From Pseudolysinimonas sp. (GTDB lineage Bacteria; Actinomycetota; Actinomycetes; Actinomycetales; Microbacteriaceae): a stretch of 64,000 bases of DNA. Location: the NCBI RefSeq assembly GCF_044239695.1, contig NZ_JBIIAW010000003.1, positions 5,316 through 69,315 on the forward strand. Reading direction: 5' to 3'. The translations under genes and the position numbers were made by a program. Position 1 is the first letter of the stretch. Every line of letters starts with the position of its first letter. This document shows positions 28,703 to 38,534 of this stretch, one piece after another. The notes under the pieces were generated by a model, which searched no databases, was not told where the DNA came from, and saw only the letters and a list, made by a program, of their open reading frames with translations.

Positions 28703-30120
28703 TCCCGCCGCTGGACTCCCGTCGCGGGCCCGACCTCGGCGGCCAGCTGCGGGTCACGGCGCCGGGCAGCGTCGTGGTCTCGACCGACGCCCTGCTCGCC
28801 TCGGCCGACCGGCTGCGCAGCCTCGAGCGCGGACTGCACGAGGACTGCCGCCGGGTGGTCGCCGCCGACGCCATCCACCCCGGCTGGCCGGTGTCCGCGC
28901 TCATCTCTCCACTGGACGCGCTCCGCGCCCGCTGCGAGCAGGCCCGCGACGCCTTCGATCGCGTGGCCGCCGACTACACGGCTCACGAGGCGGCGCTCGC
29001 GGGGGCGCAACGCGACCTCGCGGCGCTGATCGCCGCGACCATCGGCTCGTTCGCGGTGACCTTGCTCGCCCGCCTCGTGCTGCTCAACCCCGGCCTGCTC
29101 GTCGCGGTCGGCCTGTACGGCTGGTCGTCGATCCCCGACACCGGCGACGGTCGGCTCGACACCGTCAAGCAGTTCTTCCTCGACCACCCCGAGCTGATCA
29201 CCAGCCCCGAGTTCACCCGCTTCGTGTCGCTGCTCTCGACGAGCATCGACGACGCGGTGCTCGGCGCGGTCGGGGTGCCGCCGATCCTCGCCCCGCTTCC
29301 CGGCGTCGAGCTCGGCCCGGACGGCGGGGTCGCGGCCGGGGCCCTCACGCTCATCGGAGTGGGTGGGCTCTTCGGCATGTTCCGCGAGACGCCGGTGACG
29401 GTCGAGCGGGAGTCCACGAAGCCGGTCACGGCGCCGCCGTCCGGCGCGCGAGGGCACCTCGACCGCATCCCCGAAGCCAGCCAGGTGCGCATCGAGAAGT
29501 ACGAAGCCGACGGGATGCCCGATCGCTACGTCGTGTACGTCGCGCCGACCGAGACCTTCTCCCCGTTCGCCGAGTCCGAACCGCGCGACCTGACGAGCAA
29601 CATCCACGGCGTCGCGGGACTGGAGGCGGGGGCGTTCCGCGCCGTCGAGCAGGCGATGCGCGAGGCCGGCATCCGTCCCGACGACGAGGTCGTGGTGAGC
29701 GGCTTCTCGCAGGGCGGACTCGTCGCGACGATGGTGGCCGGCTCGGGCCACTGGAACGTCGTCGGAGCTGCGACCTTCGGGGCGCCCGCCGGCAACATCC
29801 CGCTTCCGCCCGACCTCGTCGGCATGGCCGTGCGCAACACCGACGACTTCATCCCCGCCCTCGCCGGACCGCAGCTCGACCATTCGCTGCTGCAGGTCGA
29901 GCGCGAGGCGTTCCGTGACGGCGTCGAGATCCCCGACGAGCAACCCGCACCGGCGCACCAGCGCTCGGCCTACACCCGCACCGCCGACGCGATCGACGCC
30001 GCCGAGTCGGCGGTGGTGCGCGAACAACTGCGCCTGCTCGACGACTTCACGTCGGGGTACCTCGACCAGCCCGGTGGCCGGGCGACCGAGACGGTCTACC
30101 GGTCGGTGCGCACGGGCTGA
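28699..30120 (+). CDS. Membrane protein with helical N-domain and C-terminal cutinase/PE-PPE-like serine hydrolase domain
   Basis: 473 aa. Hydrophobic helices at about aa 107-142 and 210-228. Nucleophile elbow G-F-S-Q-G at aa 335-339 (nt 29701-29715). Candidate Asp is in NTDDFIP and candidate His in APAHQRS. Confidence 0.7.
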   Translation: MIPPLDSRRGPDLGGQLRVTAPGSVVVSTDALLASADRLRSLERGLHEDCRRVVAADAIHPGWPVSALISPLDALRARCEQARDAFDRVAADYTAHEAALAGAQRDLAALIAATIGSFAVTLLARLVLLNPGLLVAVGLYGWSSIPDTGDGRLDTVKQFFLDHPELITSPEFTRFVSLLSTSIDDAVLGAVGVPPILAPLPGVELGPDGGVAAGALTLIGVGGLFGMFRETPVTVERESTKPVTAPPSGARGHLDRIPEASQVRIEKYEADGMPDRYVVYVAPTETFSPFAESEPRDLTSNIHGVAGLEAGAFRAVEQAMREAGIRPDDEVVVSGFSQGGLVATMVAGSGHWNVVGAATFGAPAGNIPLPPDLVGMAVRNTDDFIPALAGPQLDHSLLQVEREAFRDGVEIPDEQPAPAHQRSAYTRTADAIDAAESAVVREQLRLLDDFTSGYLDQPGGRATETVYRSVRTG

Positions 30121-30130
30121 CCGGGGATGC

Positions 30131-30556
30131 CTACCGCCGGTTGCGCGACTGCGTCTTGACGAACGGCCGCAGGAGGATGCCGATCAGCCAGCTGATGACG
30201 CCGAGCACGATCGCGCCGAGCACGCCCCACCAGAATCCGCCCGGCACCTGGAGGCCGAAGCCCAGCAGGCCGCTGATCCAGGCCACGAGCAGGAACAGCA
30301 GGCCGTTCACGATCAGCGAGATGAGACCGAGCGTCAGCACGTAGATCGGGAATGCGACCACCCGGATGATGCCGCCGATGATCCCGTTGACGAGACCGAA
30401 GATGAGCGCGACCAGGAGGTAGGTGACGACCAGCTCGACGCTCACGCCGGGCTCCGGGTCGTTGTAGGGCTGCACGTAGACGTTCGGGCTCAGGATGAGC
30501 GTCGTCAGCCAGAGGGCGAGCGCGTTGATCAGAAGACGGAGGATGAGGCGACCCAT
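30131..30556 (-). CDS. 4-TM membrane protein, phage-holin-4 (DUF360)-like
   Basis: Start at ATG 30556 (MGRLILRLLINALALWLTT...). 141 aa with four hydrophobic helices. Family recalled from the sequence pattern. Confidence 0.6.
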   Translation of the reverse strand: MGRLILRLLINALALWLTTLILSPNVYVQPYNDPEPGVSVELVVTYLLVALIFGLVNGIIGGIIRVVAFPIYVLTLGLISLIVNGLLFLLVAWISGLLGFGLQVPGGFWWGVLGAIVLGVISWLIGILLRPFVKTQSRNRR

Positions 30557-30647
30557 GCGCCCATCATGGCGCGCGCGGGCCCCCCAGGCCAGGAGCAGGC
30601 GTGCGGCCGTGTCGGCGTGCGTGCGGCCCGACTCTAGGCTGGACCGC

Positions 30648-31733
30648 ATGCCTGTGAACCTCCGCCCGGAGATCGCCGCCCTCCCGCCCTACCGGCAGGG
30701 CCGCGCGGCGGACGCGTCGGCGTTCAAGCTCTCCAGCAACGAGAACCCCGGCCCGACGCATCCGGCGATCCTCGCGGCGATCGGCGAATCCAACCTCAAC
30801 CGCTACCCGGATGCCGCGGCGACGGTGCTGCGCGCGCGTCTCGCCGAGCGCACGGGCGTCTCGATCGACGAAGTGCACGCCGCCTCCGGATCCGTGTCGA
30901 TCCTCGCCCAGTTGTTCCAGGCCGCCGCCGGGCCGGGCGACGAGATCGTCTACGCCTGGCGGTCGTTCGAGGCGTATCCGCTGCTGGCGATCGTCGCCGG
31001 AGCCACGAGCGTGCAGGTGCCGAACCTCCCGGGCGGCCACCACGACCTCGACGCGATGGCGGCGGCGATCACCGACCGCACCCGCGTCGTCATCGTCTGC
31101 TCCCCGAACAACCCCACCTCGACGATCGTCACGACGGCGCAGTTCACCGCGTTCATGGCGAAGGTGCCGCCGACGGTGCTCGTCATCCTCGACGAGGCCT
31201 ACCTCGAATTCGTCACCGACCCGCACGCGGTCAGCGGACTCGTCGAGCTGCAGAACCACCCGAACCTCGTCGTGCTCCGCACCTTCTCGAAGGCGTTCGG
31301 CCTCGCCGGTCTCCGCGTCGGCTGGGCGGTGGGGGCGTCCTACATCCTCGATGCCGCGCGCAGCGCGATGATCCCTCTCTCCCTCACGGAGCCCGCCCAA
31401 CGGGCCGCGCTCGCCGCGCTCGACGTCGAAGCCGACCTGCTGTCCGGAGTCGACGAGCTGGTCGAGCGTCGCACCCGCGTGTTCGAGGGGCTCACCGCGG
31501 CCGGCTGGACCGTCCCCGAGCCGCACGGCAACTTCGTCTGGTTCCCGGCCGGGGCCGAGACCTCGGCGGTCGCGGCGGTGCTCGAAGACGACGGGATCAT
31601 CGGCCGCGTCTTCGCCGGGGAGGGCGTGCGGATCTCCATCGGCGAGGAGGACTCTGTCGAGAGACTCCTGCATTCCGCCGCCCGCGTTGTGGCAACCCTC
31701 CCGCTGGCGGTCGAAAACGCCCGGTTAGGGTAG
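30648..31733 (+). CDS. Histidinol-phosphate/aromatic aminotransferase family (HisC-like)
   Basis: Start at ATG 30648 (MPVNLRPEIAALPPYRQG...LSSNENP). 361 aa. The PLP-lysine context is RTFSKAFGLAGLRVGW. Confidence 0.85.
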   Translation: MPVNLRPEIAALPPYRQGRAADASAFKLSSNENPGPTHPAILAAIGESNLNRYPDAAATVLRARLAERTGVSIDEVHAASGSVSILAQLFQAAAGPGDEIVYAWRSFEAYPLLAIVAGATSVQVPNLPGGHHDLDAMAAAITDRTRVVIVCSPNNPTSTIVTTAQFTAFMAKVPPTVLVILDEAYLEFVTDPHAVSGLVELQNHPNLVVLRTFSKAFGLAGLRVGWAVGASYILDAARSAMIPLSLTEPAQRAALAALDVEADLLSGVDELVERRTRVFEGLTAAGWTVPEPHGNFVWFPAGAETSAVAAVLEDDGIIGRVFAGEGVRISIGEEDSVERLLHSAARVVATLPLAVENARLG

Positions 31734-31738
31734 GCATC

Positions 31739-32872
31739 ATGTCCTACACCGAGGCGACGATCCAGTTGCTCTCGCCGGAGGGGTCCCTCGTCGAATCCGA
31801 CGCCGCCGCCCCGTACCTGGAGAAGATCACCGCGCTGAGCGACGCGCAGCTGCGGGACTTCCATCGGCAGATGGTCGTCACCCGCCGCTTCGACATCGAA
31901 GCCGGCAACCTCCAGCGCCAGGGCCAGCTCGCGCTGTGGATCCCGAGCCTCGGCCAGGAAGCCGCCCAGGTCGGGTCGGGCTACGCCGCGCGCGAGCAGG
32001 ACCACATCTTCCCCGCGTACCGCGAGCACGCGGTCGGTCGTCTGCGCGGCCTCGACCCGATGCGCATCATCGAGTTGCTCCGCGGGCTCAGTCACGGCGG
32101 CTGGAACCCGGCCGACACCGGCAACTTCCATCTCTACACGCTCGTCATCGGGTCCCAGGCGCTGCACGCGACCGGGTACGCGATGGGGCTCACCCTCGAC
32201 GGGGCGACCGCGACCGGCGATCCCGAGACCGACGCCGCGGTCGTGGCCTACTTCGGCGACGGCGCGACCAGCCAGGGGGACGTCAGCGAGGCGCTCGTCT
32301 TCGCCGCGAGCTACCAGGCGCCGATCCTGTTCTTCCTGCAGAACAACCATTGGGCGATCTCGGTGCCGGTCGAGCGCCAGTCGCGCACCCCGCTGTACCT
32401 GCGCGGCACCGGGTTCGGCATCCCGTCGGTGCAGATCGACGGCAACGACGTGCTGGCCTCCTACGCCGTGAGTTCGACGTTCCTCGACGCGGCCCGCGCC
32501 GGCGGCGGCCCGCGCTTCATCGAGGCGCTGACCTACCGGATGGGCGCGCACACCACGAGCGACGACCCGACGAAGTACCGCGAGAAGGAGGACGAGCGGT
32601 TCTGGGCCGAGCGCGACCCGATCGCCCGCTTCGAGACGTTCCTCCGCGCGAAGGGTGAGGCGGATGCCTTCTTCGCCGAGGTCTCCTCCGAAGCGGAGGA
32701 TCTCGCGGCCGACGTCCGGGCGCGCACCCTCGCGCTGGGGCTGCCGCCGGCGGACAAGATGTTCGCCGTCTATTCGGAGCCGCATCCGCTCATGGACGAG
32801 CAGCGTGAATGGCTCGCCGCCTACGAGGCGTCCCTCGAAGTGCCGGCTCACGACGGGGAGGCGCCCGCGTGA
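31739..32872 (+). CDS. 2-oxoacid (pyruvate/branched-chain) dehydrogenase E1 alpha subunit
   Basis: 377 aa. TPP-binding region is YFGDGATSQGD...LFFLQNNHWAIS. Confidence 0.9.
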   Translation: MSYTEATIQLLSPEGSLVESDAAAPYLEKITALSDAQLRDFHRQMVVTRRFDIEAGNLQRQGQLALWIPSLGQEAAQVGSGYAAREQDHIFPAYREHAVGRLRGLDPMRIIELLRGLSHGGWNPADTGNFHLYTLVIGSQALHATGYAMGLTLDGATATGDPETDAAVVAYFGDGATSQGDVSEALVFAASYQAPILFFLQNNHWAISVPVERQSRTPLYLRGTGFGIPSVQIDGNDVLASYAVSSTFLDAARAGGGPRFIEALTYRMGAHTTSDDPTKYREKEDERFWAERDPIARFETFLRAKGEADAFFAEVSSEAEDLAADVRARTLALGLPPADKMFAVYSEPHPLMDEQREWLAAYEASLEVPAHDGEAPA

Positions 32873-33846
32873 GCGAGACCATGACGATGACGAAGGCCCT
32901 CAACGAGGGTCTGCGCGCGGCGCTCGCCGCGAACGACCGGGTGCTGCTCATGGGCGAGGACATCGGCACGCTCGGCGGGGTGTTCCGGGTGACCGAGGGG
33001 CTCAAGGCCGAGTTCGGCGAGAACCGGGTGCTCGACACCCCGCTCGCCGAGTCGGGCATCATCGGCACCGCGATCGGCCTCGCGATGCGCGGCTTCCGCC
33101 CGGTCTGCGAGATCCAGTTCGACGGGTTCATCTACCCGGGCTTCGACCAGATCACCTCGCAGCTGGCGAAGCTGACCGCCCGCAACGAGGGCAACCAGTC
33201 GTTCCCGGTCGTCATCCGGGTGCCCTACGGCGGCCACATCGGCGCGGTCGAGCACCACCAGGAGAGCCCCGAGGCGTACTTCGCGCACACCGCCGGGCTG
33301 CGCGTCGTGAGCCCCGCGACCCCGCACGACGCGTACTGGATGATCCAGCAGGCGATCTCCAGCGACGACCCGGTGCTGTTCTTCGAGCCCAAGAGCCGGT
33401 ACTGGCCCAAGGGCGAGGTCGACCGCGGCGCCTCCGAGACCCCGTTGCACGCGACCCGCGTCGTGCGTCCCGGCAGCGACGCGACGCTCGTCGGCCACGG
33501 GGCCATGGTGGCGACGCTGTTGCAGGCCGCGGAGATCGCGGCCGAGGAGGGCACGAACCTCGAAGTGCTCGATCTGCGCTCGCTGTCGCCGATCGACTAC
33601 GCGCCGATCCTCTCCTCCGTGCAGAAGACCGGTCGGCTCGTCGTCGCCCAGGAGGCCCCGGGCCACGTGAGCGTCGGCTCGGAGATCGCCGCGACGATCG
33701 CCGAGCGCGCGTTCTACTCGTTGCAGGCGCCGGTGCTGCGGGTGAGCGGATTCGACACCCCGTTCCCCCCCGCGAAGCTGGAGAGCGCCTACCTGCCCGA
33801 CGCCGACCGGGTGCTCGAGGCCGTCGACCGGGCGCTGGCGTACTAG
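32869..33846 (+). CDS. 2-oxoacid dehydrogenase E1 beta subunit
   Basis: GTGA overlap start at 32869 (alternative ATG 32881). About 325 aa with a transketolase-like pyrimidine-binding domain. Confidence 0.9.
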   Translation: MSETMTMTKALNEGLRAALAANDRVLLMGEDIGTLGGVFRVTEGLKAEFGENRVLDTPLAESGIIGTAIGLAMRGFRPVCEIQFDGFIYPGFDQITSQLAKLTARNEGNQSFPVVIRVPYGGHIGAVEHHQESPEAYFAHTAGLRVVSPATPHDAYWMIQQAISSDDPVLFFEPKSRYWPKGEVDRGASETPLHATRVVRPGSDATLVGHGAMVATLLQAAEIAAEEGTNLEVLDLRSLSPIDYAPILSSVQKTGRLVVAQEAPGHVSVGSEIAATIAERAFYSLQAPVLRVSGFDTPFPPAKLESAYLPDADRVLEAVDRALAY

Positions 33847-33858
33847 GAGGCATGCCGC

Positions 33859-35181
33859 ATGGCACAGGAATTCCCGCTCCCCGACGTCGGTGAGGGTCTC
33901 ACCGAGGCCGAGATCGTCTCGTGGAAGGTCAAGCCGGGCGACACTGTCGCGGTCAACCAGGTGCTCGTCGAGATCGAGACCGCGAAGTCGCTCGTCGAGC
34001 TGCCGTCGCCGTTCGCCGGCACCGTGACCGAGCTGCTCTTCGAGGAGGGGGCGACGGTCGAGGTCGGAGCCCCCATCATCCGGGTCGACTCGGCCGGCGG
34101 CACGATCGAGCTGCAGGCCCCGCGCGACGCGGACGTGGTCGGCGAGGTCGCCGACCCGGCGGGCGAGAGCTCCGGGGCGGTGCTCGTCGGCTACGGCTCG
34201 TCGGGCCACGGGGCGACGCGTCGCCGCCGCCGCCCGGGTGCGGTCGCGACGACCGCCGAAGGCACGACTGCCGACGGCGCGAAGGCGTCCGCTCGTCGGC
34301 CGGTCGCGACGGGGTCGCCGATGCCGATCATCGCGAAGCCGCCGATCCGCAAGCTCGCGAAGGACCTCGACGTCGATCTCGCCACGGTGACCGGCACCGG
34401 GCTCGGCGGGGAGATCACCCGCGACGACGTCGTGCGCGGCGCGCAGCAGGCCAGCGTCTTCCGCAACATCGAGACCCCGGCCTGGCCGCAGGAGCGCGAG
34501 GAGCGCATCCCGGTGAAGGGCGTGCGCAAGGCGATCGCGACCGCGATGGTGCAGAGCGCGTTCACCGCGCCCCACGTCAGCGTCTTCACCGACGTCAACG
34601 CCACCCGCACGATGGAGTTCACCCGACGGCTGAAGGATTCGGCGCAGTTCGCCGGCATCCGCGTCTCGCCCCTGCTGGTCATGGCGAAGGCGGTCATCTG
34701 GGCGGTGCAGCGCAACCCCACGGTGAACTCGACGTGGACCGACACGGAGATCATCGTCCACCACTACGTGAACCTCGGGATCGCGGCCGCGACCCCGCGC
34801 GGGCTCATCGTGCCGAACATCAAGGATGCGCAGAACCTCAGCCTGCGCGAGCTGGCGATGGCGCTCGAACAGCTCACGGTGACGGCGCGCGACGGCAAGA
34901 CGACACCGGCCGACATGTCGAACGGCACGATCACGATCACCAACCTCGGTTCGTTCGGGATGGACACCGGCACGCCGATCCTCAATCCGGGCGAAGTCGG
35001 CATCGTCGCGCTCGGTGCGATCAAGCAGAAGCCCTGGGTCATCGACGGCGAAGTGCGTCCCGCCTTCGTCACGACGGTCTCGGCGGCGTTCGACCACCGC
35101 ATCGTCGACGGGGATGTCGCCAGCCGCTTCACGGCCGACCTCGCGTCGGTCATCGAGGAGCCGGCGCTTCTGCTCGACTAA
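33859..35181 (+). CDS. Dihydrolipoamide acyltransferase E2
   Basis: 440 aa. Lipoyl motif is [15 protein letters not shown], and the catalytic motif is DHRIVDG. AGGAGG RBS is present. Confidence 0.92.
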   Translation: MAQEFPLPDVGEGLTEAEIVSWKVKPGDTVAVNQVLVEIETAKSLVELPSPFAGTVTELLFEEGATVEVGAPIIRVDSAGGTIELQAPRDADVVGEVADPAGESSGAVLVGYGSSGHGATRRRRRPGAVATTAEGTTADGAKASARRPVATGSPMPIIAKPPIRKLAKDLDVDLATVTGTGLGGEITRDDVVRGAQQASVFRNIETPAWPQEREERIPVKGVRKAIATAMVQSAFTAPHVSVFTDVNATRTMEFTRRLKDSAQFAGIRVSPLLVMAKAVIWAVQRNPTVNSTWTDTEIIVHHYVNLGIAAATPRGLIVPNIKDAQNLSLRELAMALEQLTVTARDGKTTPADMSNGTITITNLGSFGMDTGTPILNPGEVGIVALGAIKQKPWVIDGEVRPAFVTTVSAAFDHRIVDGDVASRFTADLASVIEEPALLLD

Positions 35182-35201
35182 CCCCCCAAGCAGCGGCTTA
35201 T

Positions 35202-35242
35202 TGAGAACCGTTTTGACAACAGTTCTCATTACGGACTAGCGT
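35202..35242 (+). promoter_or_regulatory. Candidate znuA promoter overlapped by two 7-1-7 Zur-box-like palindromes
   Basis: TGAGAAC-c-GTTTTGA 35202-35216 and TGACAAC-a-GTTCTCA 35214-35228. The outer arms TGAGAAC/GTTCTCA are perfect complements. -35 TTGACA 35213-35218, an 18-nt spacer, then -10-like TAGCGT 35237-35242. Confidence 0.5.
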
Positions 35243-35278
35243 GGCGACGTTCCCATCCACTCCGTCCGTGAGGCCCCC

Positions 35279-36274
35279 ATGTCCCGCCATTCCCTTCCCG
35301 CCCTGACCGCGGCGACCGTCCTCGCCGCCGCCGGACTCGCCGGCTGCGCGGCCTCGCCCGCCTCCGACGACTCGGCGCTCACGGTCGTCGCGTCCACCAA
35401 CGTCTACGGCGACATCGCGGCGCGGATCGCCGGCAGCGGGATCGAGGTGCGCAGCATCATCACGAGCGCCGCGCAGGACCCGCACAGCTACGAGGCGTCC
35501 GCACAGGACCAGCTCGCCGTCTCGGACGCCGACCTCGTCATCCAGAACGGCGGAGGCTACGACGCGTTCATGGAGACGCTCCTCGACGCGTCGGGCAACG
35601 ACTCGGTGCTCGTCCTCGACGCGGTCGAGATCTCGGGACTCGCCCCGGAGGGCGACGACGAGCACGCCGAGGAGGAGCACGCCGACGAGGACGAGCACGC
35701 CGACGAAGAGCACGCCGAGGAAGACGGACACGACGGCCACGACCACATCGAGGGCTTCAACGAGCACGTGTGGTACTCCTTCGAGGCGATGGATGCCCTC
35801 GCCGAGGAGATCGCGGAGCACCTCGGCGAACTCGACGCCGCGAACGCCGCCACGTACACGGCCAACTACGAGTCCTTCGCGACCGACCTCGCCGCCCTCG
35901 AGGAGCGCGCGCACGAACTGCACGAGGGATTCGAGGGCACCGGGGTGGCGATCACCGAGCCCGTGCCGCTCTACCTGCTCGCCGAACTCGGCTTCGACAA
36001 CCTGACGCCGGATGAGTTCTCGGAGGCGATCGAGGAGGGCACCGACGTGCCGCCGCTCGTGCTCGACGAGACCCTCGAGCTGTTCCGGTCCGGGGCCGTC
36101 GGGCTGCTGGCCTACAACGAGCAGACCGCCGGAGCCGAGACCGAGGAGGTGCGGGCGGCGGCCGAGGCGGCCGGCATCCCGGTGGTCTCGTTCACCGAGA
36201 CGCTGCCGGATGGCGCAGACTACCTCTCGTGGATGACGGACAACATCGACGCCGTCGCCAACGCCCTGAGCTGA
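35279..36274 (+). CDS. znuA: Zinc ABC transporter substrate-binding lipoprotein (ZnuA/TroA family)
   Basis: 331 aa with lipobox LAGCAAS and an acidic/His-rich loop EGDDEHAEEEHADEDEHADEEHAEEDGHDGHDH characteristic of ZnuA. Confidence 0.88.
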   Translation: MSRHSLPALTAATVLAAAGLAGCAASPASDDSALTVVASTNVYGDIAARIAGSGIEVRSIITSAAQDPHSYEASAQDQLAVSDADLVIQNGGGYDAFMETLLDASGNDSVLVLDAVEISGLAPEGDDEHAEEEHADEDEHADEEHAEEDGHDGHDHIEGFNEHVWYSFEAMDALAEEIAEHLGELDAANAATYTANYESFATDLAALEERAHELHEGFEGTGVAITEPVPLYLLAELGFDNLTPDEFSEAIEEGTDVPPLVLDETLELFRSGAVGLLAYNEQTAGAETEEVRAAAEAAGIPVVSFTETLPDGADYLSWMTDNIDAVANALS

Positions 36275-37101
36275 TGCCGACGACCGACGCCTCGTCGGTC
36301 GTCGCGACCCGGAGCCCCGTTCTCGAGATCGAGAGCGGGGCACTCGGCTTCGGCGACCGGACTCTCTGGCGCGACCTGGATCTGCGCATCGAACCCGGGG
36401 AGTTCCTCGCGGTGCTCGGCTCCAACGGCTCGGGCAAGACGAGCCTGCTGCGCACGATCCTCGGGATGCAGCGCCTGGATGCCGGCGAGGCGCGCCTGCT
36501 CGGCGGTCCGATCCGTGGCGGCGACCGTCGCATCGGCTACATCCCGCAGCAGAAGATCCTCCCGCCGGGCACCCCGCTCCGCGGCCGTGACCTCGTCGCG
36601 CTCGGCGTCGACGGTCATCGCTTCGGCATCCCGGTCAGCCGGTCCGCCGACCGGGCGCGGGTCGCCGAACTGATCTCGTCCGTGGGGGCCGACGCGTACG
36701 CCGATCGGCCGGTCGGGCTGCTCTCCGGCGGTGAGCAGCAGCGTCTGCGCGTCGCTCAGGCCCTCGCCGGGGATCCCGTGCTGCTGCTCTGCGACGAGCC
36801 GCTGCTCAGCCTCGACCTGCAGAACCAGCGTGCGGTGTCGGAATTGATCGACCGGCGGCGCCGGGAGCACGATACCGCCGTCGTATTCGTCACGCATGAC
36901 GTCAACCCGGTGCTCGGCCTCGTCGACCGGGTGCTCTACCTCGCCGGCGGCCGCTTCCGCGAAGGCACCCCGGACGAGGTGCTGCGCAGCGACGTGCTCA
37001 CCGAGCTCTACGGCACCCCCGTCGAGGTCATCCGCAGCGGAGGTCGCGTGATCGTCATCGGCGGCCAGGAGCACGCCCACCACGCGGAGGTCGTCGCGTG
37101 A
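36274..37101 (+). CDS. znuC: Zinc ABC transporter ATP-binding protein
   Basis: Start at ATG 36274, overlapping the znuA stop by 1 nt. Walker A is GSNGSGKTSLL and the ABC signature is LSGGEQQR. Confidence 0.9.
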   Translation: MPTTDASSVVATRSPVLEIESGALGFGDRTLWRDLDLRIEPGEFLAVLGSNGSGKTSLLRTILGMQRLDAGEARLLGGPIRGGDRRIGYIPQQKILPPGTPLRGRDLVALGVDGHRFGIPVSRSADRARVAELISSVGADAYADRPVGLLSGGEQQRLRVAQALAGDPVLLLCDEPLLSLDLQNQRAVSELIDRRRREHDTAVVFVTHDVNPVLGLVDRVLYLAGGRFREGTPDEVLRSDVLTELYGTPVEVIRSGGRVIVIGGQEHAHHAEVVA

Positions 37102-37970
37102 CGCTCGACGACCTGTGGGAGCAGATGTTCTCGTTCGAGAACTACGGGCGTCTCCTCGCCCTCGTGCAGAACTCGATCGTCGCCGCCGCGATCCTCGGCA
37201 TCGTCGGCGGGCTCATCGGCGTCTTCGTCATGCAGCGCGACATGGCGTTCGCCGTGCACGGCATCAGCGAGCTCTCCTTCGCCGGGGCGGCCGGTGCTCT
37301 GTTGCTCGGGGTCAACGTCGTCGCCGGCTCGCTGGTCGGGTCGCTGATCGCCGCCGCGCTCATCGGACTCCTGGGGGCTCGCGCCCGCGATCGCAACTCG
37401 ATCATCGGCGTGCTCATGCCGTTCGGTCTCGGCCTCGGCATCCTGTTCCTCGCGTTGTATCCGGGCCGCAGCGGCAACAAGTTCGGGCTGCTCACCGGCC
37501 AGATCATCGCCGTCGACTTCGAGCAGCTCGGCCTGCTCATCGGCATCGCCGTGCTCGTGCTCGCCGTGCTGCTGGTGATCTGGCGTCCGCTGGCCTTCGA
37601 CAGCGTCGACCCCGAGGTGGCCCAGGCCCGCGGTGTGCCGACCCGCACCGTCTCGCTGGTGTTCATGCTGCTGCTCGGGCTGACGGTCGCCGTCTCGGTG
37701 CAGATCATCGGCGCCCTGCTCGTGCTCGCGCTGCTGGTCACGCCGGCGGCCGCCGCGCTGCGGGTGTCGTCGTCGCCGCTGATGGTGCCGCTGCTGAGCA
37801 TGACCTTCGGGTTCGTGTCGGCGGTCGGCGGCATCCTGCTCGCCCTCGGCGGGTCGCTGCCGATCAGCCCGTACATCACGACGATCTCGTTCCTGATCTA
37901 CCTCGTCTGCCGCATCGTCGGTCGGGCCCGGCGTGGCACAGTGGTACGCAGGGAGGCGGTGGTGACGTGA
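37098..37970 (+). CDS. znuB: Zinc ABC transporter permease
   Basis: 290 aa, polytopic, ABC-3 family-like. GTGA overlap with znuC. Confidence 0.88.
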   Translation: MTLDDLWEQMFSFENYGRLLALVQNSIVAAAILGIVGGLIGVFVMQRDMAFAVHGISELSFAGAAGALLLGVNVVAGSLVGSLIAAALIGLLGARARDRNSIIGVLMPFGLGLGILFLALYPGRSGNKFGLLTGQIIAVDFEQLGLLIGIAVLVLAVLLVIWRPLAFDSVDPEVAQARGVPTRTVSLVFMLLLGLTVAVSVQIIGALLVLALLVTPAAAALRVSSSPLMVPLLSMTFGFVSAVGGILLALGGSLPISPYITTISFLIYLVCRIVGRARRGTVVRREAVVT

Positions 37971-38350
37971 AGCGGAACACCTGGCAACGCGAGGCGGTGC
38001 GCGAGGCGCTCGGCGAGTCGGAGGGCTTCGTGAGCGCGCAGTCGCTGCACGCGTCACTCAAGGGCTCGGGGTCGACCGTCGGACTGGCGACCGTCTACCG
38101 GGCGCTCGCCGATCTCGCGGTCGAAGGGGATGCCGACTCCCTCCAGCAGGACGGCGAGAGCCTCTACCGCGCCTGCACCCCGGGAACCCACCACCATCAC
38201 CTGATCTGCCGGTCCTGCGGCACGACCGTGGAGATCGCGGCCGACGAGGTCGAGGCCTGGGCGCAAGACGTCGCGGCCCAGCACGGCTTCACCCGACCGC
38301 AGCACGTCGTCGACGTGTTCGGCTACTGCCCGGAGTGCTCACGGAGCTAG
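37967..38350 (+). CDS. zur: Fur-family zinc uptake regulator
   Basis: GTGA-coupled GTG at 37967. 127 aa: VKRNTWQREAVREAL...HHHHLICRSCG...CPEC. It is the last gene of the znu operon. Confidence 0.85.
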   Translation: MKRNTWQREAVREALGESEGFVSAQSLHASLKGSGSTVGLATVYRALADLAVEGDADSLQQDGESLYRACTPGTHHHHLICRSCGTTVEIAADEVEAWAQDVAAQHGFTRPQHVVDVFGYCPECSRS

Positions 38351-38534
38351 CCGGTCTCGAGCTTGGCGGACCGGCCATCCTCACGTAGGATCGAGAAGTT
38401 GTCCCGGAGACGGGGCTTCTTGTGCGTGCCGGAGAGCCTTGGCTCCTCGGTTCACGTGCCGACAAGTGACCTTGGGTGAGGCGATCGCCTCACGGTAGCC
38501 GGGCGGAGCGATCCGCCCACAATTGGAGGAAACC

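Noticed and set aside
38393-38403. GAGAAgTTGTC upstream of rpmB, considered as a Zur box.
   Set aside because: It is only a 5-1-5 imperfect palindrome. It matches the znuA operator much less well than the two znuA half-sites match each other. It is not sufficient evidence.
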